Positions 23,609-37,100 of a DNA stretch of 64,000 bases are shown piece after piece. Origin of the DNA: Azolla caroliniana (Eukaryota > Plantae > Polypodiophyta); NCBI GenBank assembly GCA_043228905.1, contig JBHGNT010000016.1:9672001-9736000 (forward strand). Reading direction: 5' to 3'. Made by a program: the position numbers and the translations under genes. Position 1 is the first letter of the stretch, and each line of letters begins with the position of its first letter. The notes under the pieces were generated by a model. That model did no database searches and was not told the DNA's origin. It saw only the letters and a list, made by a program, of their open reading frames with translations.

Positions 23609-26197
23609 TGATGAGGTGTTTAAGACAAAGGATAATCTTACACTATATGAGGGCTTGACCAAACCGGTTAGATGGAGTTGTGACTCATAATATATTATAT
23701 AGATCAAGAGAGACTCAAGAAATTAAGAAAAAAAGATAGAGAAGATGAGAAAGAGATAATATCGTTATGATATTCCAACATCAAGACAATACAAAGGAGA
23801 TAAACTCCACATTCAACTAAGAAACCAAAGACCTTCTTACTACCAATCACTCAAAAACCAAAATTAAGACCCTTCCTCTTTCACTAAGATTTCTCTTCCT
23901 AAGACTCCCTCTAGTCTATTAGGATCCTCTCCCTATTAGTTCCTTTTTTTATTAGTCCTTCCACTTCTTTTATAATTTTCTTCTTCTTCCTCGTTCACGC
24001 TATTTTTAGAAGCTTTTTATCTCCTATTTTTAGCTAAGACCCAGCGACCTTCTAATTGTCATATCTCCCTCATCATAGCTCCAAATTTAGTGATTTAAAA
24101 ATCTATAGATAGCTCTCTTTACAAGCTTTCTCTTTAATATAATATTTGGGTCACACTAGAAGGAGTTATGACCATTCCTTTTTTACTGTTTTTTATGGTT
24201 CGCTTTTTCTCTTTTTACTTTTCTCTTGGTCTCGTACTTTTACTTTTGACTTCTTCCTAAGGTCTTAGTTCGTGTTCTTAGCCTCCAAATGTGAGTTATC
24301 CATACTTTATAGTCTTCTAATGTTCAATGGATTAGATTCTAAAAACACTTTCACATTTAGCCATCCCCCTTGCTAGAGGCTAAGCCATTTATGGCGAAGC
24401 ACTTAATGGTAGTACTTAACAAACGAAAGCTCTCTCGCCAATCTCTTGGCTATAGAAAATGAGAGAGATATAATAAAAAAGAAAATAAAAAGATGTGAGT
24501 AAAACCCCCACTAATCGGTAGGAAAAACCTCACACTTCTAAACACACGCACACGCACATTGACAATTGCCATCACCATCTTTCTCCTTGTCAACACAAAG
24601 AAAGAGGTTACTACAATTATTATGTCTTTGTCAACTCTCCATACACAAGTAGGGCCATGGGATACATAACTCTTGATAGAAGTAAGCATGTCAACATATG
24701 AATGAATCTTTCGAGCAAGCGAACCTTTTGCACAAATACCTTCAAAGCTTCGAGACTTGTTGGAATGATCATCTTTTGAAATACGTTGATCTTTGAATCT
24801 TCCACATCTTCTTGGCACAAGACATTGTCCACACAACCTTGTTTTGTATAAATGACCATTTGATCTACAATCTCATCTCGGAAAGGAAGTGAAATTTGAT
24901 CTCGTTTGGTCTAATCATTCTTCTTTGGAACCAAAACTACAAGTGACACACACTTCAAATCTTCCATCTTATAATTGGAACTTTCTTGTAACCATGCATT
25001 GAACTCTTGCATAAATTCTTCCTTTTGTTCAACACTCAATTGCCGAAGCTTTGGGGAAATTGATACACTTCCTTCAAGTTGATGTGGTATTTGTTGCAAG
25101 CTTCTCCTCTTATCCCAAAACACTTGATGAACACATCCTCCACTATGATTATGCAATGCACCACTCCACTATCTACTACAACCACCCTTGCTGAAGATGA
25201 CCTACTAATAGGAATTCCCACTTTGTTTACTACAAATTCAGAAATCAAGCTTACCCTAGCACCACTATCAACCAAGACATCTTTGATGTGAAACCCTTTG
25301 ATGGAGTCCGGGATGGTTACGTATGTCCTTTCGATCTTCAACTCGCATGATCCCCACATAATGCACGGTCTTCCTACTTTGGCGAATACTTGCAAGCTTT
25401 CCCCACTCCTTTCGTAATGTGGGAGATAATTGGAGAAGTTGTGGCCATGTTATCCTTGGTCCACTCGATATCAATTCATGCTTCCAATTGAAAGCTTCTA
25501 CACCTTCTCCCATAGGATTATCCTCCATCTTTATCTTCCATTTGGAGTGTCTCCTTCTCAATTTCTCCTCTTCCTCATTCTCCTTAGACTTCTTCTTTTC
25601 TCTTGAGGCACTAGATTCTCCATCAACTTCTTTCTCCTTTTGCGAGGCTCTTGTCCTTTTCACAAGACCTACTTCACAAGCACTATCACTATCATCAATA
25701 AAATTAAGAAGATTCACATTATGAGGAATTGTAAGAACCCGAGTCATAGGAAGTGTTATGGATTTGCCTCCTTCGACTCCATTGTTGATATGTCGTTGTC
25801 CATTCTGTTGCACTTCATACATGTCTCCTTCCATACCTCTTTGTTGTCGATGAGGACATCTTGTTGAGATGTGTCCCTCCTCTTGACAAGAATAACAAAT
25901 TACACCTTGATGCCCTCTAGAGCCACCACCATCGGGAATAGTGTTGCGAATTGCTTGGGATTGTTGCAAGTGGGCCATCACTTCATCAAAGCGCTGATTC
26001 ACCAACGCCATTGTATCTTGTTCACTCTTCACTTGTTCCACTTCTTGGGATATACTTGTTGGGTTTATTGTTGTGGTGGTATACACATTTGGAAACACTT
26101 GTCCACCATGCACAATTGAAGATGAGGCTTGAAAGTTGGCACAAGGCATCAAATTTGCACCCAAAGCCGTCATTTGGGGAAGAAAGTGATGCATCAT
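23609..26197 (-). mobile_element. Deleted Gypsy element: 3' LTR about 23609-24355, PPT, RT remnant, protease, gag C-part
   Basis: A PPT complement (ccatccccctt) lies next to the LTR end. Motifs VVLVPKK, VLVDSGARVSLI (protease) and CYSCQEEGHISTRC (zinc knuckle) are present. Integrase was not seen. Confidence 0.75.
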
Positions 26198-27724
26198 AGA
26201 GAGAAGTGTTTGAAGAGACTTGAACGATACATGTGCTTAATGATAGATGGCCTGGACCAGAAGAAGACGTGCTTGCCGCATATGTGGAGGCTCCCCAAAG
26301 ACGTCAATGATGAGTGCCTTGTTCAAATGCACTTGGTGGGATGATTGGCTTATAATAGGTCGGTTGGACCTCACGTCTTCATTACATACCCAAATGTTCA
26401 CAATGACCCTAATCTAATAGTTACAGTGATTCACCAAGTTTTGATGTCTTGGGGCCAACCTTTCCCCCCTGTTCTATGCATTCAATTGGACAATACTGCT
26501 AGAGAGAACAAAAATTCAATTGTGTTTGGCTATCTAAGTATGTTGGTCAACCAAGGATTGTTTAGAAAAGTGAAAGTCAATTTTCTTTTGGTTGGCCACA
26601 CACATGATCATATAGATAAGATGTTTAGCACATTCTCCAAACAGTTGTCTCGGCATGATGCTTTCACATTACCTAAACTATTTGATGTCATTTGTGATGC
26701 ATATACACCACGCCCAAAAGTGTTACACTTGAAGGAGGTATATGACTTTAAGACATATATATCAGATGGGGGTGCTTGCCCAGTTAAACAATATAAGCTT
26801 CAATCACATTTTTATGATAAAGAAAAATGAAATAAGTGGTTCTACACTTTTGTATGCTAAACAATATTCATCTTCTACAACATGGGAACCTGAAGGTGGT
26901 TGCCAGTTATTACTTTGTATGCCGAGTACAATTGTCCATGGAGCTAAGCAAATGCCAGTTGAGAAGAAAGGACAGTTGCAGAGTGACTTGGTATCGGAAC
27001 AAAAACGATTATGGCTCCAAGCCTTAGAAGAAAAAAGAAAGCATATTGAGGCCGCCAAGAAATATGCCGCACAACGAGACACGTCATGGTGGAATGTATT
27101 TTATAGTGATCAAAAAGGAATTATAGACAATTGTGTATTTGGTGATAATTGGAATTTGGAAACGCCATTCACATGGTCGCTGCAACATAATCGTGTAAAT
27201 AGAATTCCAGAGCAACCAACAAATGCGATTAATGACAGTTTGGTCCACAACAAAGAGACATTTATGTGGGACCAAGGATGACCAAAGCAGTCGAAGCTAG
27301 ATGGCAAGGCAATTTGCAAGAGCTCATGGCGGGGATGTTGATTGCAACGCCGGCTGATGAGAACTCACATGGCCACCAATTTTGGGTTGGTGAAATTCTA
27401 GACGTGCTAATGCATGAAATAGAAAACACGAGCCAGTCTATAAATGTTCATTGGTACAACACTAGAAGTGCAAATGCTTTTACAGGTAAGTATACATTGG
27501 AGATGATTGAATGCCCAACTAGAAGGGGAGGTAGGAAGAGGAAGCGAAACATTCGTAACACCTCGACCCTTGATATCTCTGATGTGGATATCATCGTGTA
27601 CGACTTCACACTTACAAAAGTCGGACGATTAAGGAAGTCAACAATAGATATAATAAAAGAGAAATTACCAGGTCTACAAGGTGGCTCCAATCAAAGAAAA
27701 CGAGATCTGCTACATATAATCTAG
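26190..27724 (+). pseudogene. Sola-like (DUF7869-type) DDD transposase pseudogene, 5'-truncated
   Basis: MIDGLDQKKTCLPH, LCIQLDNTARENKN and FLLVGHTHDHIDKMFS match the D..D..GH.H..D pattern of this family. There is a stop at 26342 and frameshifts near 26780 and 27260. Confidence 0.75.
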
Positions 27725-28180
27725 AGTCAAACCATTTGGTTTATGACGAAGATAATGCACTGATTGGTACATCCGAGGATGACGAGGAGGAATCGTCATT
27801 GTATATTAGTTACAGTAGTGATTCTCCATAAAGGAATGATCATGAATGTATTTTTGGCTATTAAGTGTAACTACATTCTGCTTGTAACAAATCGAGTAAT
27901 ATAAAAGCATGTGTTTTGAATTCTTATGATTTCTAAAAAATCGTTTCTTATAAAATAACATTGGTTGTAAAGTTTGTGATATAAATTGAGAATGTAACTT
28001 TTTGAAATTCCTCTTTTTTTAGTTACTTCTAAATCACGAAAATAATGGATTTTTAACCTTTTTCATAGTATGTTTGAACATGTATGATACTGGTATCAAT
28101 GTGTTTTGTAAAATCATTGAAAAAGCCCTAAAATCAACCAAAATTTTCCTTATCCTTCCATTTATGCATGATCCTTCCAC

Positions 28181-30329
28181 TTGTGAACGCGAACGTGTTG
28201 GGGGCATCGCTATGACAATCGACGTCCTACCAACAATCATGGAGGACCACCTGCGCCTCGATAGAACGGCAATAATCGCATGATGCGGTATAGCCGCCGT
28301 TACGAGGAGAGTTCAGAGGACGAATGGTGCTAGGAGCCTCGCCAGGAGTATCGCCTGAAACCTTGAAACCACAGAAGATTCCAACAGACACGGGAAGAGC
28401 AACCCATACCCCTGGAAACCACTACACGGCAAGTAATAGAAAAAGGTGAATCCAACGTACATTGCTTTGTGTTTCAACAGCCAAGCCACTACACGACACA
28501 ATGCCCACAGCACAATACCCAATTGTGCATACCATCACGGCGGATGTCCAACAAGTCACTACACGTAATCAAGCGAAAAACACGTAATGGACAAAACAAG
28601 ACGACATACGCAAGGTAGCCCAGGCCTAGGTAGAGAAAGCGAATGCGGCTAACGCGGAGCGAATGAAACAAAAAGTGGCGAGCGTTATCATCGGACCTGA
28701 TATGGCAAACATTGGCGGATTGGGAGATAATGTTGACCATGGATAAGCTTCTCTGACTAGTTCCACGATTCCGACAAGTTGTAGAGAATCGTATGCGGTT
28801 CCCAGAATCTAATATTGGCCCAACAGTGGTAGATCACCACAACCCGGCTATCAAAATAGTTCTACAAGGCCAAGGAATATTTGGTTGCACCGTCAATGGT
28901 GGTTCTGGCGTAAATGTTATCAGTACAACCACATATACTCGACTGGGCATTACATATTGGGAAGCATGTCCCTTCTGGCTCCGTATGGCAGACACTCGCT
29001 CCGTCAGACCCCTCAGGCTAATTCGAAAGCTAGGGATTGTAGTCGGGGGACATCACTTTGACATCTCGGCGGTAGTACTCACGTTGGATGCCCCGAGGGT
29101 GTACCCAATTCTGCTATGGAGACCATGGTTACGTTCTGAAAATATCAAGCAAAATTGGCAACACAATTGCATCAGTTTCCGGCACGGCCGAAGCAAAGTC
29201 TGTGTACCTACACAGGAAACAACAGAACCAACCAAAGGCATAACGCCATTATATGCCGAGAACATTAATATGCTAGAAGGGTTAGAAGAGACAAAGCTCT
29301 AGGCATACCTCGACGAAAACCCGCGGATAATACCGCTATTCAAAATTAACGTACTCGAGACAGCTGCGGAATACGCTTCACCAAGTACGCTCCAAGAAGA
29401 GGAGCACAAACCCGATCCCAAGTCGATATTGGAGTTAAGCAGAGCACGCGAAGCATTTGAAAAAGAAATGGAAATCTCGCGAAGGGTGACCGCTTCAGCA
29501 TTGAGAGAAATTAACATCGGAACCACGGCGATGCCACGACTATTATCAATTGCCAAGGATTTGTTGCAGAGCGAGAAGGCGACCATGATAGAGCTGCTCC
29601 GGGAATTTAAGGATGTTTTTGCATGGTCACAAGAGGACATGAGAGGGTTGAACCCAAAGTTTTATCAACACAAGATTAACTTATCCACAGATGCGAAACC
29701 TGTGCATCAGCGACGCTATCGCATGAACCCCAATTACACGGTCCTCGTAAAGGAGGAAATTGACAAACTCTTGAAAGCTAGGTTCATCCGACTAGTGAAA
29801 CAAGCCACGAGGCTAAGTCCAATAGTCGTGGTACCCAAGAAAAATGGGAAAATACGCATATGCATAGACTATCATAAACTAAACACCGTTACAATCGCAG
29901 ATGCATTTCCTTTGCCATTTACAGATAACGTACTAGACACGGTCGTGGGCCATGACATGGACAGTTTCTTGGATGGCTTTAGTGGATCCAACCAGGTACG
30001 CATGCACTCGGATGACCAAGAGAAAAATGCATTCGTCACAGACTGGGGCGTGTTCATTGTTGTAGTAATGATGTTTGGCCTAAAGAGGGCACCCGCCACC
30101 TTCCAACGGACAATTACGAAGATTTTCGGAGAATATATACTAGGTTTGATGCAAGTTTTTCTCGACAACTTCGTGGTGTATGGAATGCGAGGCAAACATT
30201 TGGGCCATTTACGGCTCTGTTTGGAACAATGTCGTACCTCACGCCTCAGCCTCAACCGGGCCAAATGTGCATTTGGGGTAACCAGCAGAGCGCTACTTGG
30301 TCACATAGTGAGTAAAGAAGGGATAACAG
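28181..30329 (+). pseudogene. Gypsy internal fragment: degraded gag, protease and RT, truncated at 30329
   Basis: VNGGSGVNVI (protease, D to N), ILLWRPWL, FKDVFAWS, SPIVVVPKKNGKIRICIDY, FLDGFSG, FGLKRAPATFQ and VFLDNF motifs. Confidence 0.88.
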
Positions 30330-30527
30330 TGTCGAGAAAATACGACGAAGACACGTGAACTTGAGGCAGGACCCCGAGGCCTACTACCAAAGGATATCAA
30401 ATTCGTGCGTTTGTGTTTAAGAATTAACGGAAATGAGAAAGTTTATTAAATTTCATTAGCAAAGAAGAAGAAAAATTACAATCTATCCCAAGATTGGGAT
30501 TACAGAAGTTTAGGCTTTGTGAGATAT

Positions 30528-30761
30528 GGCTTCGATAAGAAAATTAGCGTTTTCGGCTTCGATAAAAAAAAATAGGGGTTTTGGTTTCGATAAGAAAATT
30601 AGGCTTTTCGGCTTTGATAAAAAAAACTTGGGTTTTTGGCTTCGATAAGAAAATTAGGGTTTTTGGTTTCGATAAGAAAATTAGGTACAATAAGAAAATT
30701 AGGGTTTTCGGCTTCAATAAGAAAATTAGGGTTTTCGGCTTCGATAAGGAAATTAGGATTT
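30528..30761. repeat. Tandem array of about 27-bp units (ggcttcgataagaaaattagggttttc), about 8-9 copies
   Basis: Read directly. It lies in a non-coding insert that starts TGTCG at 30330. Confidence 0.9.
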
Positions 30762-31268
30762 TGTCACAGACATGTCAAGATTTGAACTCTTGACCTCTTA
30801 TATATAGTCAAGTGTTGTGTTCTAACCAACACGTCCAAATATATAGTCATATTATGTATTATCTTAGTAGATTATTAGTAGATTATCTACTTCAAGTTCT
30901 AGGAGTTTTTGGAAAGTTCTAGAACTACAAGGTTCTAGAGGGTTCTAGAATATTCTCCCGAATATTCTAATGCATGTACTTTCGACTCACAGTATAAATA
31001 CTTGTAACTTCCTTGGTCCCTTTCAAGGGATTCAACACTAGTCATTGACACATCAATCTAGTATTCTTGTTTAGCCCCATCTTCTCTCCTTGATTTACAT
31101 CTTTGTCTTTATGCTGTTGTATTGGTTCCTAGCGTCTTAAGTTCCTCATCTCATCGTTCTCGACTCACAGTATAAATACTTGTAACTTCCTTGGTCCCTT
31201 TCAAGGGATTCAACACCAGTCATTGACACATCAATCTAGTATTCTTGTTTAGCCCCATCTTCTCTCCT
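30762..31268 (+). mobile_element. LTR fragment with tRNA-like module, HSE-like motifs and a 109-bp internal duplication
   Basis: Starts TGTCAC. GAAagTTCtaGAA and TTCtaGAAtaTTC lie upstream of TATAAA. The segment 30982-31090 is repeated at 31160-31268. Confidence 0.65.
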
Positions 31269-32537
31269 AGCAAGGCTAGATAAGGCGAGGGAGAAGAGCA
31301 AAGGGAGATTCGACCGGACGCACCGACTCAGGCCGAAGAAAATCAAAGAAGGTGAATGGGTGCTAGGCTACGACAACAGCCTCGACAATCAGCACTAGTC
31401 GACCTGGAAATTTGCGAGACGGTGGTTTAGGCCTTACGTGGTGATAAGCGCGAACGACAATGCAACCTACCACCTTGCGGAGCTCGATGGAACGAGGGTC
31501 TTGATACTGGTTGCGGGGAAATAGATCAAGGCCTTCAAAAAGTGTCATGAGTCGGAACCGGATTACGAGGTAGTAGAAGACGTGGAGATCAACGGGACTG
31601 GGAAGCTTGACGGAGACCCGGACGGTGATGGAACGGAGGAGGCCGCATGAGGTTCAAGCCAGAATCTTCCATGCTTCACTACTCAACACATACCGGAGGA
31701 TGTGCAGTTCGGTGGGGGTGGATGTCGTGAAGATATCTGGCCATAAGGAGAAAAGCGAGTCGGACGCGCGTGAACGAGAGCGTGCAAGGGTGCACACGAA
31801 CGAGGCTAATGTATATAATTAAAACAAATGTGAATATTGAGTATTGATAAGTACTAGGTAGAGTGTCTTAATAAGTACTAGGTATTGATAAGTACTAGGT
31901 AGGTGACAGAAATCGGTTGTCTTTATGGGTGATGTAACGGCCTCCCCTCGAGCTATAAAACAAGAGGTTTTGTACTGTTAGGGGGGATACATGATTTTGG
32001 AGACGGAGGTGCTACGAACCGAGCTCTACAAGCTTCGTTCCCATTCTTTGTTTTCCGATTTCCTGTCATCATGCTGCGAGGCCTCCGTTTCACATCGGTA
32101 GCTTGTGTGATCCCGATTAGCGGCTTGCTAGTGTCTATATTTGTGTGTGTGTGCGTGTGTGTGTGTATTGCGAGCACGAAGCTCTTTTGTCAACCGCGTC
32201 CGGATGTAATCTTTCTTATTTCTCTGTTAATCATTAGTTCAATGATTCTCTACGTGTATTTGGGCTTTCCTGTGTTCTTTCTCTGATCTATTCCGGTTGA
32301 GTTTGTGTGTCTGAGCGAGTGAGCCCGTGAGCTCTTCATTGCTATCTAGCAACCGGTCCGGAGCAATAACGTCTCTAAGCCCGCGTGCGTTCACCGTCCG
32401 ACTACCGAGAATCGTTCCTGACCAGACACGCATCTGGAAACCGATCCGGCGAAGTTGCCCGAAAAGGATCCGGACAACCTTTCTTCTCTCAGCGGCTCCT
32501 TGGTTCGAGACTCCAGTGGTCCTGCCCCGTTCCAACA
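31269..32537 (+). mobile_element. 3' end of a Phygy-like Gypsy: integrase C-terminus, PPT, 3' LTR 31723-~32537
   Basis: KGRFDRTHRLRPKKIKEGEWVLGYDNSLDNQH...KFARRWF is homologous to 58020-59300. PPT ggtgggggtgga is followed by TGTCGTGAAGA. Confidence 0.85.
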
Positions 32538-34145
32538 CATAGTCATAGAAAACCACAACAATGCACTCTCTCAGCTCTATAACTCCTAGCTACAGGAATG
32601 TTATTCTATTGTACTACATAGAAGCTCTAATCTACATCACTGTGACACATCTAAAGCTTTGCCCTAAGTGTATTTATACTTATACACCTTATGGGCTATT
32701 TACAAATGTAGTCCCTACTACTCTTACTTCTATTATAACAATAATAATAATAATAGCAGTTAATCAGCTGACTGATCGACAAGTCGATTTGACTACCCGA
32801 CACTTGTGTCGACTATCCAGTCGGCCCGACTAGTCGGTCTTGTCTTCGACTTGGATCATCTACCGTCAACTCTTCTCAATAGACTCTCATTGTCGACTCT
32901 CTCTCACTCGACTTTTCATGTCTTCGACTGTCGGCTCTCAGCCCGAATAGTCGGCTACTCCTTGTCTTCGATTATTGGCTCTCTCAGTTGAGCAGTCAGC
33001 TCCTCCCATAGGAGAGACATTTTGAACTAGTTGTTGTGTGGGTTGCTCCAAGAGCATTGATTCCGTCACATTCTCCTTCTGAACGTGGGAGATCTAGGTG
33101 AGGCTGCTCAATGTGCTCTGATTCTATCAGTCGTCGGGATTCCGAGCACGTGTGTGGTTTGCTTCTAGTCGGCATTCCTTTGTGCCCCCATCAGTTAGAC
33201 AACATCCATCCCCCTATTGTTCTCTGTGTCTTCATAGCTCGACCAGGCATGCCAAAAGTGTTACTCCCTTTTGGTAACACAGGTTCAGATACTCTTTCCC
33301 TTGGTATCCGACTCAAGGTCTCGTGGTCAGGAGACGGGAAATGTGGACGCTTTATGCACATTAGTGCACGGCTTACACAACGAAACATGATAAGTCACCT
33401 AGAATGATACCTGATCGAGTTGTAGTATTTGTGAAGTCTAAAGACCGACCTTGCTACAACCGACTAGTTACTTATAGCACACAATAAAATATAGACATAG
33501 ACATAGAGTATAGCAAACCGATTTTCTATTAATCGAGTGGACTCAATACAACTAATAAAAACTTTTTACAATGTTCCATGTCCCTTTTTATAGGGAGCCT
33601 GGGTAGTTACGTCTAGAATGTGAACCGCTACTACTTCCTTTAATTAGAATACATGCGTTATGTTATGTTTCAGCTCTTCGTCCGGCCCCCCACTTGTCCC
33701 TTCGTATTATAGATCTAGGTACTAAAGTAAGCTTAAGATAAGGATAAAGAAATGAAAGATAGAAAGGAGAAAGAGAAAGAAGGGTGCCGATCCACCCGAC
33801 CACCCCCGAGCGAAGGGATCGAGACGGACTCGAGCCTCGATCGGCGTCCCATACCACCGTCGTGGCGTCGAGTCGTACTTGGTGCTGGCGCGCTCGCTAC
33901 AAGAGTTGACCCACCACACGAGCAGAGTCTCGATGTAGTCAAAAGATGATCAAATGAGGGTAGCTAGGCCTCTTATTTATAGCGATAACCAAGGCCCCCA
34001 GGCAAGTTCACACTTGACCTAATGGGTTGTCTCAATCCCGAGGATTAAAAGTAATCCTCCCCTTCTTTACACTCTCGTTTAACCCTCACACTTATCCGCG
34101 TGTATAGAATACTACGGTAAATTCTTACCACGGGATATTATATGG

Positions 34146-37100
34146 TCATGCCCGTAACATACTCCCCCTCTTTAAAACATTGCACTCTTGCAATGGAAAG
34201 TTAGGGAAGTTAGTTCTAAGAGTATTTTCGCATTCCCATGTGGCATCTTTTATTGATTTATCCATCCATTTTATTTTAAATTCTCGGATTTCTTTAGTAC
34301 GTAATTTTTTTATTTTAACATCGAGAATTCTTTCTGGTACATGTGGTTTAGAAGATAATTCTTCAGAAGTAACCAGAGTTTCAGTCGTAACTGTATTGTC
34401 GCCAGAACCTAGAAGTTCTTTTAGACGACTCACATGAAAGACTGGATGAATTCCGACACCATCGGGAAGAGCGAGACGATAGGCTGATGACCCAATGCGT
34501 TTGAGGACTGTAAAAGGTCCACAAAACCATGGGGCTAACTTAGCGCACTTACCCGTAGACAATGTCTTAGAATTGTGAGGTACACGTAAAAATACCTTCT
34601 GTCTAGGGTTGAATACACGAGGTTGCCTATGAAGATCGGCATAAAAACGCGCTCTATCTTGAGCTGTTTTTATATTATCTCGTGCAATATGCAACATATC
34701 TTGCATATCTCGAAGAAAGTTTTGCGCACTTCGCAACTCATCATGATGTATATTAACATCAATCGGGGCTCGTGGCTGAAAACCATACATCAACATAAAA
34801 GGACTATATCCCGTCGACGTATGCTTGGAGCTGTTATTAGCAAACTCCAAAATTGGGAGATAACGTTCCCCTTTTGTTGGTTTTGCACCAACGTATGCTC
34901 GAAGCATGTCCTCAATAATTTGTTTTACTCGTTCTGTCTGTCCATCGGATTGAGGATGATCCGTGGAGCTCATGCTCAACGTAGTTTCTAACTTCTTAAA
35001 GACTTGTGTCCAGAAGTCACTAGTAAACTTTGGATCTCGATCACTCACGATATCCATCGGTAACCCATAAAAATGAAACAATTCGTCAACGAATTGGTAA
35101 GCCAATTCAGGAGCTGTTACCGTGGTTTTAGTAGCAATAAATCTGGCCATTTTAGTTAGTCGATCAACGACAACCCAGATGGCATCATGACCTTTTTGGG
35201 TGCGAGGAAGGCTAACAATAAAATCCATGGATATACTTTCCCACTTATTATTGGGAATGTCCAAGGGATGTAAAAGTCCTGCGGCTTTAAGTCGCTCGGC
35301 TTTGTTAACCTGACACTGGTGACATTTAGTCACATAGCTATGTATGTCAGGACGCATCTTAGGCCAATAAAATTGAGTGGAGATGAGAACAAGTGTACGA
35401 TGTATTCCAGGGTGCCCTGCTGAGGGTGCATCATGGCATTCAAAAAGAATCCTCTTTTTGACCTCGGGTAAATCTGGAACACAAACCTTCCCATTACGGT
35501 AGAGCAAACCGTTAGCAATGTGGAAGTATTCCTTCGAGGATGTGGTGGTGTCTGTTCCAGACTCAACTCTTGCCCAGTATTTTGCGAAATAACTATCATC
35601 AGGATACTTTCCTCGAAGGTGATCATAAAGATCTGATGATATTTCAGTGAAGCTAAGCGTGTTAACTTCACGGATGCGACTTAGTGCATCAGCGACAATG
35701 TTCATGGAACCTTTACGATATCGTATGGAAAAATCAAAGTCCTGGATGAGATCAGCCCATCGTGCCTTACGACCTTTCAGGTCTTGTTGGTCACAAAAAT
35801 ATTTCAAGGACTCGTGGTCCGTAGTTACCACAAAGTGATTTCCATAAAGATAATGGCGCCATGTTTTGAGCGCATGTATAACTGCAAATAATTCCTTTTC
35901 TTGAAGGTATACCGACATTGAGTAGAATCAAGTTTCTTACTCTCGAATGCTATTGGTTTACCATCTTGATACAAGACAGCACCTATAGCATAATCGCTTG
36001 CATCGGTTTCAACCTCAAAAGGTTTTGAAGGATCGGGTAAAAGAAGTGAAGGAGCCTTGCAAACCAGGTCCTTAAGTTCCCTAAAGGCAAGGTCTAGTGT
36101 AGCATTCCACACAATAGGTTTTGTAGACTTACGCGTTTGACCTTTTAAAAGATTAGTAAACGGCGTCGTCAATTGGGAGTAATTACGAAGAGACTTTCGC
36201 AAAAACCCCACAAAACCAAGGAATAATCGAACTTCTCGAATATTCCGAAGAGTGGGCCAAAGCTTGATTTTCTCAATGCGAGAAGGATCAATTTCAACTC
36301 CTCGTTCGGTTATGAAATGTCCTAGATAAGTAATTGATTTCTTGAAGAACTCACATTTTGAGATCTTCGCATAAAACTGTTTGTCACGCAATGTTTGTAA
36401 AACAAAGCGGACATGTCTAGCATGTTCTTGTAATGTACGGCTATAAACTAAAATATCATCCAAGAAAATAACGACAAATTTTCCAAGTTGTTCTCGGAAA
36501 ATGTCATTCATTTCTTGTTGAAAAGTAGCTGGAGCATTGGTCAAACCAAAAGGCATAACCAAAAACTCGTAATGGCCATAGCGCGTACGAAATGCCGTTT
36601 TAGGAACATCGTCCTCACTTATTCGTATTTGATGGTAGCCAGTACGGAGATCAAGTTTCGTAAAATACCGAGCTCCCTGGAGACGGTCAATTAGATCGTC
36701 AGCCCGGGGCAATGGATACGAATTCTTGATCGTCACTTTATTCAAGCGTCGGTAATTAATACACATACGCCATGTGCCCTCTTTCTTTTTAACCAAGAGA
36801 ACTGGTGCACCCCATGGAGATTTACTATAACGTATATAACCCATTCGTAAATAGTCCTTGAGTTGCTTAGATACCTCATCTTCTTCGGATCGACTTAAGC
36901 GATACGGAGGTATACTTATTGGTGCACCACCAGGTACAATATCTATACGATGGTCTATATTACGTTTAGTAGGTAACCCATCAGGTAGTTCACTTGGAAA
37001 AACATCATGAAAATCATTTAAGATTTCATCAAGTTGTTGTTGTTCAAAATATGTTAATTGAATCGGGACATTATCGATATTGTAAACGTGAATGTCCGGA

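Noticed and set aside
32538-33704. Possible gene in ORFs 33111..33407 / 33191..33388
   Set aside because: No recognisable motifs. The region is sandwiched between LTR-like fragments whose boundaries I could not confirm with TSDs.
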